In this document: in pieces, positions 33,005-41,618 of the stretch | Layout of the letters: every line of letters starts with the position of its first letter | Numbering within the stretch: the stretch's first letter is position 1 | From: an uncultured Rhizobiaceae bacterium | Lineage (GTDB): Bacteria > Pseudomonadota > Alphaproteobacteria > Rhizobiales > Aestuariivirgaceae | NCBI GenBank assembly: GCA_964461545.1 | Contig: CAYWVA010000001.1 | Coordinates: 1 to 43,207 of the forward strand | Direction of reading: 5' to 3' | Length of the DNA: 43,207 nt | Notes under the pieces: model-generated | Database searches by the model: none | Told to the model about the DNA's origin: nothing | The model's input: the letters and a program-made list of their open reading frames with translations, nothing else | Translations under genes and position numbers: made by a program

Positions 33005-34756
33005 ATGCCACGATTCGACAAAGTTTTTTGTGCAGTGCCTGTTGCCTTTCTCTTCGTATTGACCAGCCACTCGGAGGCGTCGGAACATCGGCTTTTCAAT
33101 TTTGGCGCATCATCGCTGTCCGGCACCTATCTCGCCGGCCGCCACGCCGGTCGCGAGCGCGACATGGAGAGTGCGGCCGCCTACTTCTCCCGCGCGCTCG
33201 AAAGGGATCCCCAAAACCCGGTGTTGATGGAGCGTACCTTCGTCCACGAGCTGTCGGTGGGCAACATGACCAGGGCCGAGGAGCTTGCCCAATCGGTGAT
33301 CGAAATCAGCACCGACCACAGGATGGCCCGGATCGTTCTCGGGCTTCGCGGAGTCCGAAAGAACCGCCATGAAGAGGCGCGCACTCACTTTGCCGAAGCG
33401 GCGTTCACGCCCTTGGGCGAGCTGACCGCCGGCCTTCTCACTGCCTGGTCATTTGCCCATGAGGCCAAGCTGGACGAGGCCATTGAGGCGCTCGGCGCGC
33501 TTGATGCCCATGATGCGTTCGGCAATTTCAAGTTGCTTCATACGGGCCTGATTGCTGCTTATCTGGGCGATTACGATCGGGCCGAGCAGGCCTACCGGGA
33601 GGCCTATGAACGGGCTGGATCATCTCTCCGGGTGGTCCAGGCCTTCGGCAGTTTCCTCGAGCGCACCGGCCGCGGCAGCGAAGCCTCCGAAATCTACGAA
33701 CGGTTCCTCGCCACCTCGCAGCGCAATCCCCTAGTGGAGACTGCGAGGACCAGGATTGGCGAAGGTCGGCTGCCTGGGCCATTCATCACTGATGCCAGGG
33801 ACGGAATGGCCGAGTCCCTGTTCAGTCTGGCAAGCGCCATGTCGGCCGAGCAGAGCATCGACGTCGCGATCATCTACGCCCAGCTGGCGATTGCGCTGAA
33901 GCCTGCATTTCCGGTCGCTCAGGTGCTGCTTGGCGAGATTTACGAAGATACGAAACACTACGCCAAGGCGATCGAAGTCTTCGAGTCCATCCCGGAGGAT
34001 TCGCCTCTGCGGCCCAGCGCCGAGATTCAGATCGCTACCAATCTCGATCATCTCAAAAGGTTCGATGAGGCGCTCGAGCGGCTCGATCGACTGATCGCTG
34101 ACCGGCCGGGCTATTTCGATGCGCTGGTAGCCCGCGGCAATCTGATGCGGCTGCACGAGAAATGGACCGAGGCTGCCGAGAGCTATTCACGCGCCATCGA
34201 TGTCATCGGCACTCCTGAGCGCGAGCACTGGACCGTCATTTACTTCCGCGGCATCGCTTATGAGCGCGCCGGCATATGGAACCTTGCCGAGGCTGACTTT
34301 CGCGAAGCACTCCGGCTCGAGCCTGATCATCCTTCGGTTCTCAACTACCTCGGCTACTCACTGATCGAGCAGCGCCAGAACCTCGATGAGGCGGTGGGGA
34401 TGGTTCGCAAGGCCGTCGAGCTGCGGCCCAATGACGGTTACATCGTCGACAGCCTTGGTTGGGCGTATTATCAGCTCGGCGACTACGAGGAGGCGGTGAA
34501 GCACCTGGAGCGGGCGATCGGCCTGCCCTGCGGCGATCATCAGTGCTCGTCCGATCCGGTGATCAACGACCATCTCGGCGATGCCTACTGGCGGGTCGGG
34601 CGTAAGATCGAGGCACGGTTCCAGTGGCGCCACGCCCGCGACAGTGATCCCGATCCTAAGGATCTCGAGAGAATCGAGCGCAAACTCGTCGACGGCCTGG
34701 TTGATGAAGACCACCCGGAACCGATAAAGAGCGCCGGCGATCCCGACAAATCGTGA
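33005..34756 (+). CDS. Tetratricopeptide-repeat protein (periplasmic/secreted)
   Basis: Start at ATG 33005 with signal-like VPVAFLFVLTSHSEA. Multiple TPR units are present (AAYFSRALERDPQNP, EADFREALRLEPDHPSVLNYLGYS, AVKHLERAI...). Confidence 0.85.
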   Translation: MPRFDKVFCAVPVAFLFVLTSHSEASEHRLFNFGASSLSGTYLAGRHAGRERDMESAAAYFSRALERDPQNPVLMERTFVHELSVGNMTRAEELAQSVIEISTDHRMARIVLGLRGVRKNRHEEARTHFAEAAFTPLGELTAGLLTAWSFAHEAKLDEAIEALGALDAHDAFGNFKLLHTGLIAAYLGDYDRAEQAYREAYERAGSSLRVVQAFGSFLERTGRGSEASEIYERFLATSQRNPLVETARTRIGEGRLPGPFITDARDGMAESLFSLASAMSAEQSIDVAIIYAQLAIALKPAFPVAQVLLGEIYEDTKHYAKAIEVFESIPEDSPLRPSAEIQIATNLDHLKRFDEALERLDRLIADRPGYFDALVARGNLMRLHEKWTEAAESYSRAIDVIGTPEREHWTVIYFRGIAYERAGIWNLAEADFREALRLEPDHPSVLNYLGYSLIEQRQNLDEAVGMVRKAVELRPNDGYIVDSLGWAYYQLGDYEEAVKHLERAIGLPCGDHQCSSDPVINDHLGDAYWRVGRKIEARFQWRHARDSDPDPKDLERIERKLVDGLVDEDHPEPIKSAGDPDKS

Positions 34757-35616
34757 TCAAACCGATTCGGGAGTTCGCCCCCGCAAAGGTCAATCTGGCG
34801 CTCCATGTCACTGCCCGGCGTGGCGACGGTTATCATCATCTTGACAGCCTCGTCGTATTCGCCGGGCTTGGGGACTGGCTGGAAACTGGCCCCGGCCAGG
34901 GTTTGACGCTGGCGGTCAAAGGACCGCAAGCCGCGGGACTTCCGGTGCAGGGCAATCTGGTGCTCAAGGCCGCCGCGACGCTCCTCGAAGCGACCGGCCG
35001 GCCGAATTCCGGCGCAAACTTCATGCTGGACAAACACATCCCCGCCGCGGCCGGGCTCGGCGGGGGATCGTCCGACGCGGCCGCCGCCCTTCGCGCTCTC
35101 AACCGACTCTGGGACCTGGGTCTCGACACCGCCCGGCTCACCACGATTGGCGCCACGATCGGAGCTGACGTACCGGTGTGTGTGCCGGCGGCAAGTGCCC
35201 GAATTCAGGGCATCGGCGAACATGTCACGTCTCTGCCTGCCCTGCCCGAATTTCACCTGGTGCTTGCCAATTCGGGCCGCGGCCTTGCCACCGCATCCGT
35301 GTTTTCCGACCTGGCCCAGCCAAGCAACCCCGGCCTTCCCCAAATGCCCAGCCAATGGCGTGGCTTGGCGCAGCTTGTGGAATATCTCGGCTGCTGCCGC
35401 AACGATCTTGCAGGACCCGCCATGGCAGCCGAGCCGACGATCATAGAAGTGCTAACCGCCCTGGCTGGCCAGCGTGAGTGCCTGCTTGCCCGCATGTCAG
35501 GCTCGGGGGCAACCTGCTTTGGCCTGTTCGCCACCGCCAGCGCGGCCGCCGCTGCAACCGCGGCGCTCAGCCGGCAGAAGCCCCACTGGTGGGTGGCGGC
35601 AGCACCTCGACTTTGA
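34753..35616 (+). CDS. ispE: 4-diphosphocytidyl-2-C-methyl-D-erythritol kinase
   Basis: FAPAKVNLALHVTARRGDGYHHLDSLVVF and the GHMP-kinase motif IPAAAGLGGGSSDAAAALRALN. The GTG start overlaps the TPR stop (GTGA). Confidence 0.9.
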   Translation: MIKPIREFAPAKVNLALHVTARRGDGYHHLDSLVVFAGLGDWLETGPGQGLTLAVKGPQAAGLPVQGNLVLKAAATLLEATGRPNSGANFMLDKHIPAAAGLGGGSSDAAAALRALNRLWDLGLDTARLTTIGATIGADVPVCVPAASARIQGIGEHVTSLPALPEFHLVLANSGRGLATASVFSDLAQPSNPGLPQMPSQWRGLAQLVEYLGCCRNDLAGPAMAAEPTIIEVLTALAGQRECLLARMSGSGATCFGLFATASAAAAATAALSRQKPHWWVAAAPRL

Positions 35617-35623
35617 TGCGCCC

Positions 35624-36253
35624 TTATTGGCTCGCCCACACGATCCGAGCGAGCCACTCGACCTGATCGGCAGCCAGCAAGATGGTCTCGTGCTGGATAT
35701 TGAACGAGGCGAGTTCGAGGCTTTGTGCGGTCTGACGCTTGAGGATCTTGGCCAGCACTTCGCCTGCCCTGGTTCTCACCACCACACGATCCCCGCGCCG
35801 CGGCGTCGAATTGGGCGAGACAATGATGATGTCACCGTCACGATAGACCGGCTCCATGCTGTCACCGGTAATCTCGACCGCATAGGCGTTTTCATCCTTG
35901 ATGCCGGGGAACCGGATTTCATCCCAGCCGCCGCCGACCGGAAAGCCTGCGTCGTCGAAATAGCCGCCGCTGCCGGCCTGCACCAGGCCGATCAGAGGGA
36001 TGCGTCGCTCCGGCATATTGGCCATACCGCTGAGCAGAGCGGTAAACTCTTCCAATGGGGTCTCAGTTGCGGCGAGAACCTTTGCCAGGCTTTCCGTCGT
36101 GGGCCAGCGCCGACGGCCGTCGGGGCTGATTCGCTTGGACTTGTTGAACGAGGTCGAATCGAGCCCTGCCTGCTTCGCCAGACCCGATGCCGACAGACCA
36201 TTGCGCTCGGCGACGGCATCGATTGCCCGCCAGACTTGGTCATGGGTGAACAT
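35624..36253 (-). CDS. HTH (Cro/CI-type) + S24 peptidase LexA/CI-like repressor
   Basis: Start at ATG 36253. HTH is LSASGLAKQAGLDSTSFNKSK. A candidate Ala-Gly cleavage site lies in LVQAGSGGY. The catalytic Ser is in ITGDSMEP and the Lys in VLAKILKR. It is not the canonical LexA N-terminus. Confidence 0.8.
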   Translation of the reverse strand: MFTHDQVWRAIDAVAERNGLSASGLAKQAGLDSTSFNKSKRISPDGRRRWPTTESLAKVLAATETPLEEFTALLSGMANMPERRIPLIGLVQAGSGGYFDDAGFPVGGGWDEIRFPGIKDENAYAVEITGDSMEPVYRDGDIIIVSPNSTPRRGDRVVVRTRAGEVLAKILKRQTAQSLELASFNIQHETILLAADQVEWLARIVWASQ

Positions 36254-36333
36254 TGGATTATTCCATTGTGAACATAGTTTCTGATTCCAGGGCAGTAGTA
36301 GGAATGTAAGCCTTGATTCTGCCATTGTCCACA
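36254..36333. promoter_or_regulatory. Two ~21-bp direct repeats (TGGATTATTCCATTGTGAACA / TTGATTCTGCCATTGTCCACA) in the S24-repressor/pyrD divergent region
   Basis: The repeats lie at 36254-36274 and 36313-36333 and are identical at 16 of 21 positions. The first abuts the repressor start codon. Confidence 0.35.
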
Positions 36334-36393
36334 AAAATCACCACTCCTTGCCGGCCTTGTATGGCTGTCGCTCGCCCGATAATTTCGCCCGCC

Positions 36394-37467
36394 ATGGGCG
36401 GCACTCTGTTTCGGCTCGTCAGACCTCTCCTTGCGACCCTGGAGCCCGAAGCAGCGCATCGGCTGACCATGAAAGCATTGCAGTGGCGCCTGGTGCGGGC
36501 GCCAGACTGGCCGGATCCGCGCTTGGCCACGCGTCTTTTCGGACTCGAGTTTGCCAACCCCGTCGGCCTTGCAGCCGGTGCCGACAAGAACGCCGAGGCG
36601 CCGGACGGCGCGCTTGCGCTCGGCTTCGGGTTTGTCGAAATCGGCACGGTCACCCCGCGGCCGCAGGCAGGTAACCCTCGCCCGCGGCTGTTTCGGCTGG
36701 CCGAGGACCAGGCGTTGATAAACCGAATGGGATTTAACAATGACGGCTTCGAGGCCGTGCTCGCCAGACTCCCGACCCATAGCGCGCGCGCTGGCATCGT
36801 CGGCGTGAATATCGGCGCTAATCGCGACTCCGCCGACCGCATTGCCGATTACGTGGAAGGGCTTTCGGCGTTCTATCCGCTTGCAAGCTACGTTGCAGTC
36901 AACGTGTCTTCGCCCAATACGCCAAGCCTGCGCACGCTACAGGCGCGCAGCGAGCTGGAGTTGCTCATCGCCAGGCTGAACAAGACGCGCGACACGCTGA
37001 CGGTGTCTGTCCCGCTGCTGGTCAAGATTGCGCCCGATCTCACCCGAGACGAGCTTTCCGGCATTGCCGAGGTCTGCCTTGCCGGCCGCATTGACGGGAT
37101 CATCGTCTCAAACACTACGGTGTCGCGGCCGCCGCTCACCTCCAGGCATGCCAGCGAGTTAGGCGGGCTATCGGGGCGGCCGCTGTTCGAACTCTCCACC
37201 CTTAGGCTTGCCGAGATGTACCGTCTGGTCGGAAACCGGATCCCGTTGATCGGCGTCGGTGGAGTCGATTCGGCCGAAGCCGCATGGGCCAAAATCCGCG
37301 CTGGTGCCTCGCTCGTCCAGCTGTATACCGCACTTACCTTCCAAGGTCCCGAACTGGTGATGGAGATCCTGCATGGTCTCTCGCGGCGCCTCGACGAGCA
37401 GAACCTGACCTCAATTGCGGATGCGGTCGGCATCGGTGCCGATGCGTGGACCGAGACGCGCGGCTAA
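36394..37467 (+). CDS. pyrD: Dihydroorotate dehydrogenase (quinone), class 2
   Basis: LFRLVRPLLATLEPEAAHRL N-terminus, then GLAAGADKNAEA, GFVEIGTVTPRPQAGNPRPRLFRL, NRMGFNN, VNISSPNTPSLR, IGVGGV. An alternative start is at 36361. Confidence 0.92.
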   Translation: MGGTLFRLVRPLLATLEPEAAHRLTMKALQWRLVRAPDWPDPRLATRLFGLEFANPVGLAAGADKNAEAPDGALALGFGFVEIGTVTPRPQAGNPRPRLFRLAEDQALINRMGFNNDGFEAVLARLPTHSARAGIVGVNIGANRDSADRIADYVEGLSAFYPLASYVAVNVSSPNTPSLRTLQARSELELLIARLNKTRDTLTVSVPLLVKIAPDLTRDELSGIAEVCLAGRIDGIIVSNTTVSRPPLTSRHASELGGLSGRPLFELSTLRLAEMYRLVGNRIPLIGVGGVDSAEAAWAKIRAGASLVQLYTALTFQGPELVMEILHGLSRRLDEQNLTSIADAVGIGADAWTETRG

Positions 37468-38802
37468 TCAACTTGGCGTCCCGAACGCGCGGCGTTCGAG
37501 GGCCGGCAGCCGCATCATGAGCGTCGCCGTGCGCACTGCCAAGAACAGATCGAGCGCCAGCCACAGCCCATGATTGCCAAACACCGGCGTGAAAACCCAC
37601 CACGCGACGATGAACGCAGAAAAGCTCACAATCATCATGTTGCGCATGTCGCGTGTCTGGGTTGCGCCGGTGAAGATACCGTCGAGCTGGAAACACGCCA
37701 CGCCGAGCAACGGCGACACTGCAACCCAAGGCAAATACTGCCGCGCCATTACCCGGACCTCAGGCGAGACGGACAGGACATCGATCATCAGTGGACCGAC
37801 AAGCACGATCGCCAGCACAAGTGAAAGGCTAAGCGCGCCCGCCCACAGGCTCGAAATCTTGACCGCTTGTCGGTACATGGCCCGCATTCGCCGCCCCACT
37901 GCCTGGCCGACAAGGGCCTCTGCGGCGTGCGCAAACCCGTCAATCAGGTAGGACGAAAACGTGAAGAAGTGCATGAGAACGGCATTTGCGGCCAGCGTCA
38001 CGTCGCCCATCCGAGCTGCCTGGGCGGTAAACCAGAAGAAGGTCAGGATAAGCAGCAGAGAGCGCACCATGATGTCGAAATTGACCGACACCATGCGCCT
38101 GAGCCGATCCCGGTCGAGAACGCGGGCAAGCTCGAAGGTGGCCTGCACGCGCTTGAGCTCGAAGGCGACCAGCACCAGCCCGAGCAGCGCCGCCGAGACC
38201 TCGGCAATCAAGGTGCCGAGTGCAATGCCGTCCGCCGTCATGCCGAGGCCGAGCACGAAGAGGGCGTCCAGCGCCATATTGACCCCGTTCAGAAACAGCG
38301 CGATCACCAGCGCTGCCCGCGTCCGGCCGATACCGACGAACCAACCGACGAGCGCGTAGGTCATGAGCGTGAACGGCGCCGACCAGATGCGGATGCTGAA
38401 ATAGATCGCCGCCTCATGCTCTACGTCCTCCGACGCCTGGACCAAGTGGAAGACAATCGAGCCGACGACCGGGCTCAAGGCAATCAGGGCGAGACCCACG
38501 GCGGCCGCAAGGAGCAGGGCCCGGGCCAGCACCGCTGCCAGCTCAGCGGCATCGGCCATTCCATAGGCCTGTGCCGCAAGCCCGCCGGTGCCCATACGCA
38601 GGAAGCCGAACCCCCAGTACAGAAAGCTGAAGACGAGCGCGCCGATTGCCACTGCGCCGATGTAATGGGGCTCCGGCAGCCGGCCGATCACTGCGGTATC
38701 GACGATGCCAAGCAAGGGCTGGGAGACATTCGCCAGCATGATCGGCATAGCAATGGCCAGCACGCGGCGGTGAGAAACCTCGGTTTGGAAGGGCTGGGAC
38801 AT
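37468..38802 (-). CDS. MATE-family efflux transporter (DinF-like)
   Basis: 444 aa and 12 TM segments. The N-terminus is HRRVLAIAMPIMLANVSQPLLGIVDTAVIGRL. Its stop directly abuts the pyrD stop. Confidence 0.88.
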   Translation of the reverse strand: MSQPFQTEVSHRRVLAIAMPIMLANVSQPLLGIVDTAVIGRLPEPHYIGAVAIGALVFSFLYWGFGFLRMGTGGLAAQAYGMADAAELAAVLARALLLAAAVGLALIALSPVVGSIVFHLVQASEDVEHEAAIYFSIRIWSAPFTLMTYALVGWFVGIGRTRAALVIALFLNGVNMALDALFVLGLGMTADGIALGTLIAEVSAALLGLVLVAFELKRVQATFELARVLDRDRLRRMVSVNFDIMVRSLLLILTFFWFTAQAARMGDVTLAANAVLMHFFTFSSYLIDGFAHAAEALVGQAVGRRMRAMYRQAVKISSLWAGALSLSLVLAIVLVGPLMIDVLSVSPEVRVMARQYLPWVAVSPLLGVACFQLDGIFTGATQTRDMRNMMIVSFSAFIVAWWVFTPVFGNHGLWLALDLFLAVRTATLMMRLPALERRAFGTPS

Positions 38803-38878
38803 GACGGTACGACCGTTAGGCCACGGCTGCGATCATCGGGTCAAGCGCGCCTACGGCCGGTTGGCCTATAACGGCGCG

Positions 38879-41479
38879 ATGAGCCACTTGCTGCCGCCCC
38901 GATTCGAGCGATGGTTCGCCGCCCGCGGCTGGCGGCCGCGACCGCACCAGCTGGAAGTGGCGGCAGAAAGCGCCGCCGGGCGCTCGGTTCTGCTGATCGC
39001 CCCGACCGGTGGGGGCAAGACGCTCGCCGGGTTCATGCCGAGCCTCATAGATCTGGCGGAGGGGTTCCCTACCCCCAGCCCGGCACCACGAAGGGGAGAG
39101 GAAGAAAAGGTGCCGAGCCTTGCTCCCTCCCCCCTTGTGGAGAAGGGCCGGGGTGGGGCGCCTGTAGCCAGATCGAGGCGCAGAAATGCCGGACTCCATA
39201 CCCTCTACATCTCACCGCTCAAGGCGTTGGCGGTCGACATTGCCCGCAACCTCGAAGCGCCGGTGGTCGAGATGGGGCTCGACATCGCAGTGGAGACCCG
39301 CACCGGCGACACGCCGCAGTCCAAGCGTGCCCGCCAGAAAAGCGCGCCGCCCGACATCCTGATCACCACGCCCGAGCAGATCGCCCTGCTCATTGCCGAT
39401 CCGCTCGCCGCGCGACTGTTTCAGGATTTGAAGGCAGTGATCGTCGACGAACTGCATGCTTTGGCACCGTCCAAGCGCGGGGCCCTTCTGGCGCTCGGCC
39501 TTGCCCGCATCGGCGTAATGGCTCCGCAAGCGGTGCGGATCGGTCTGTCGGCGACCGTCGCCGATCCCGAAGCACTCGCCGCCTGGCTGGTACCTCAGGG
39601 TCCGGGCGCCGCCGAAGCACGCGCTAACATCGTCGCCGGTGCGGCTGGTGCGGCACCAGATATCGCCATTTTGAACTCCGGCCAACGGGTGCCCTGGGCC
39701 GGCCACTCGGCCCGTCATGCGGTGAGCGAGATCTATGACGCGATCCGGCAGGCGGGCATGGCGCTCGTCTTCGTCAACACCCGTTCCCAAGCCGAGGTGT
39801 TGTTCCAGGAGCTTTGGCACGCTAACGACGACGCCCTGCCGATTGCCCTCCATCACGGCTCGCTCGACACCGCCCGGCGGCGCAAGGTCGAGGCGGCGAT
39901 GGCGGCGGGTCGGCTGCGCGCCGTCGTGTGCACCTCAACGCTCGATCTCGGAATCGACTGGGGCAATGTCGATCTGGTCATCAATGTCGGGGCACCCAAG
40001 GGCTCAAGCCGCATCCTGCAGCGCATCGGCCGCGCCAACCACCGGCTTGACGAGCCTTCGCGCGCACTCCTGGTTCCCGCCAACCGGTTTGAGGTTCTGG
40101 AATGCGAAGCCGCCCGGGCGGCGGCCGCTGACGGCGCCCAGGACACCGAGCCCGCCGCCGAATTGAAGCGCGACGTGCTCGCCCAGCACGTTCTTGCCAT
40201 TGCCTGCGCCGGGCCGTTCCACCCCGACCGGTTGTACGACGAGGTCCGCAGCGCCTGGCCCTACCGTCGACTCGCCCGTGACGACTTCGACCAGACTGTG
40301 TCGTTCGTCGCCACCGGAGGCTACGCTCTCAGGACCTACGAGCGCTATGCCAAGCTGAAGCCGTTGCCAGATGGGCGGCTGCGGCTAGCCCATCCCCGGT
40401 TCGCGCAGCGCTACCGCTTGAACGTCGGGACGATCGTCGAATCGGAGATGGTGAAAGTCCGTTTGGTCGGCGCTAGGCAGCGCGCCGGGCGGCGGGTGCT
40501 GTCGGGCGGCCGCGTGCTGGGCGAGGTCGAGGAGTGGTTCATTGAACAGCTGTCCCCCGGCGATACGTTTGTGTTTGCCGGCGAGGTGCTGCGGTTTGAA
40601 GGCCTCGGCGACCTTGATGCCCTGACGAGCCGGACGCGCGCAACCGATCCCATGGTTCCCTCCTACATGGGCGGCAAGTTCCCTCTGTCGACCTACCTCG
40701 CTGCCCGGGTGCGCGCCATTCTCGCCGACGAACGTCAATGGCTCTCCCTGCCTAACCAGGTTCGGGACTGGCTGTACATGCAGCGCTGGAAGTCGCTTGT
40801 GCCACGCGCCGACGAGATGCTGGTCGAGACCTTCCCTCGCGGCCGCAAACACTACCTTGCATGCTACCCGTTCGAGGGCCGGCTGGCGCACCAGACGCTC
40901 GGCATGTTGCTCACCCGACGCCTTGAGCGTCTGGGCGCACAGCCGATGGGCTTCGCCGCCTCCGATTATGCGCTCTCCATATGGGGCCTCGGTGACCTGT
41001 CGCGCCTCGTCACGACCGGCGCCTTGAGCCTCGCAAGCCTGTTCGACGAGGACATGCTGGGCGATGATCTCGAGGCATGGCTTGCCGAATCAAACCTTAT
41101 GAAGCGGGCCTTCAGGACCTGCGCCATCATCGCCGGGCTCATCGAACGGCGTAGCCTTGGCAAGGAAAAGACCGGCCGACAGCTCACCGTCTCCTCCGAC
41201 CTCATCTATGACGTGCTCAGAGCCCACGAGCCCGATCATGTGCTGCTCAAGGCCGCCTGGGACGACGCCGCGGCCGGTCTCATCGATATCCACCGCCTGG
41301 CTCGGCTGCTCGCCCGCATTAAGGGACGCATTGTGCACCGGGCACTTGAGCAGGTCTCGCCGCTGGCAGTTCCAGTCATGCTTGAGATCGGTCGCGAACC
41401 GGTTTATGGCGAGGCCGATGACGCCCTCCTCAAGGAAGCCGCCGACGCTCTCATCGAGGAGGCCATGCGGCTTGTCTGA
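38879..41479 (+). CDS. lhr: Ligase-associated DNA-damage-response DEXH-box helicase (Lhr-like)
   Basis: Start at ATG 38879 (MSHLLPPRFERWFAARGWRPRPHQ). Motif I is APTGGGKT, then LYISPLKALAVDI, DELH, LSATV, FVNTRSQAE, HHGSL, TSTLDLGIDWG and QRIGRANHR. It is followed by pdeM and carries one in-frame repeat between motifs I and Ia. Confidence 0.92.
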   Translation: MSHLLPPRFERWFAARGWRPRPHQLEVAAESAAGRSVLLIAPTGGGKTLAGFMPSLIDLAEGFPTPSPAPRRGEEEKVPSLAPSPLVEKGRGGAPVARSRRRNAGLHTLYISPLKALAVDIARNLEAPVVEMGLDIAVETRTGDTPQSKRARQKSAPPDILITTPEQIALLIADPLAARLFQDLKAVIVDELHALAPSKRGALLALGLARIGVMAPQAVRIGLSATVADPEALAAWLVPQGPGAAEARANIVAGAAGAAPDIAILNSGQRVPWAGHSARHAVSEIYDAIRQAGMALVFVNTRSQAEVLFQELWHANDDALPIALHHGSLDTARRRKVEAAMAAGRLRAVVCTSTLDLGIDWGNVDLVINVGAPKGSSRILQRIGRANHRLDEPSRALLVPANRFEVLECEAARAAAADGAQDTEPAAELKRDVLAQHVLAIACAGPFHPDRLYDEVRSAWPYRRLARDDFDQTVSFVATGGYALRTYERYAKLKPLPDGRLRLAHPRFAQRYRLNVGTIVESEMVKVRLVGARQRAGRRVLSGGRVLGEVEEWFIEQLSPGDTFVFAGEVLRFEGLGDLDALTSRTRATDPMVPSYMGGKFPLSTYLAARVRAILADERQWLSLPNQVRDWLYMQRWKSLVPRADEMLVETFPRGRKHYLACYPFEGRLAHQTLGMLLTRRLERLGAQPMGFAASDYALSIWGLGDLSRLVTTGALSLASLFDEDMLGDDLEAWLAESNLMKRAFRTCAIIAGLIERRSLGKEKTGRQLTVSSDLIYDVLRAHEPDHVLLKAAWDDAAAGLIDIHRLARLLARIKGRIVHRALEQVSPLAVPVMLEIGREPVYGEADDALLKEAADALIEEAMRLV
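39067..39158. repeat. G/C-homopolymer nested-palindromic repeat, full ~92-bp copy, inside lhr
   Basis: CCCTACCCCCAGCCCGGCACC-ACGA-AGGGGAGAGG, a 21-nt spacer, then CTCCCTCCCCCC-TTGT-GGAGAAGGGCCGGGGTGGGG. It is colinear with the dnaE2 copy at 27523 and encodes FPTPSPAPRRGEEEKVPSLAPSPLVEKGRGG. Confidence 0.8.
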
Positions 41480-41489
41480 GCCCGTCAGT

Positions 41490-41591
41490 CCCCCCACCCG
41501 CGACCCCTCCCCCCGAGGCGAAGGGGAGCAGCATGCGCCGGTGCCCATCGCTCCCTCCCCCCCAACATGGGAGGGTCGGGGAGGTGGCGGG
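41490..41591. repeat. G/C-homopolymer nested-palindromic repeat, full ~102-bp copy, filling the lhr-pdeM spacer
   Basis: CCCCCCACCCGCGACCCCTCCCCCC-gaggcga-AGGGGAG, a 22-nt spacer, then CTCCCTCCCCCCC-aacat-GGGAGGGTCGGGGAGGTGGCGGG. It begins 11 nt after the lhr stop and ends 27 nt before the pdeM ATG. Confidence 0.8.
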
Positions 41592-41618
41592 ACGGCACCA
41601 ACCATCCGGCTCGCCGCC

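Noticed and set aside
35729-35736. Additional 8-mer matches to the GTCAGACC operator core (GGTCTGAC at 35729-35736 inside the S24 repressor gene; GTCAGACC at 36417-36424 inside pyrD)
   Set aside because: Both are intragenic, shorter than the promoter copies and lack the flanking conservation. About one 8-mer hit is expected by chance in 2 x 43 kb.
41157-41618. N-terminal 154 codons of the 369-aa track ORF that contains pdeM
   Set aside because: This part overlaps the 3' end of lhr in another frame and then runs through the repeat element. PdeM homology begins only near 41600, so the start was moved to 41619, with the GTG at 41541 noted as an alternative.
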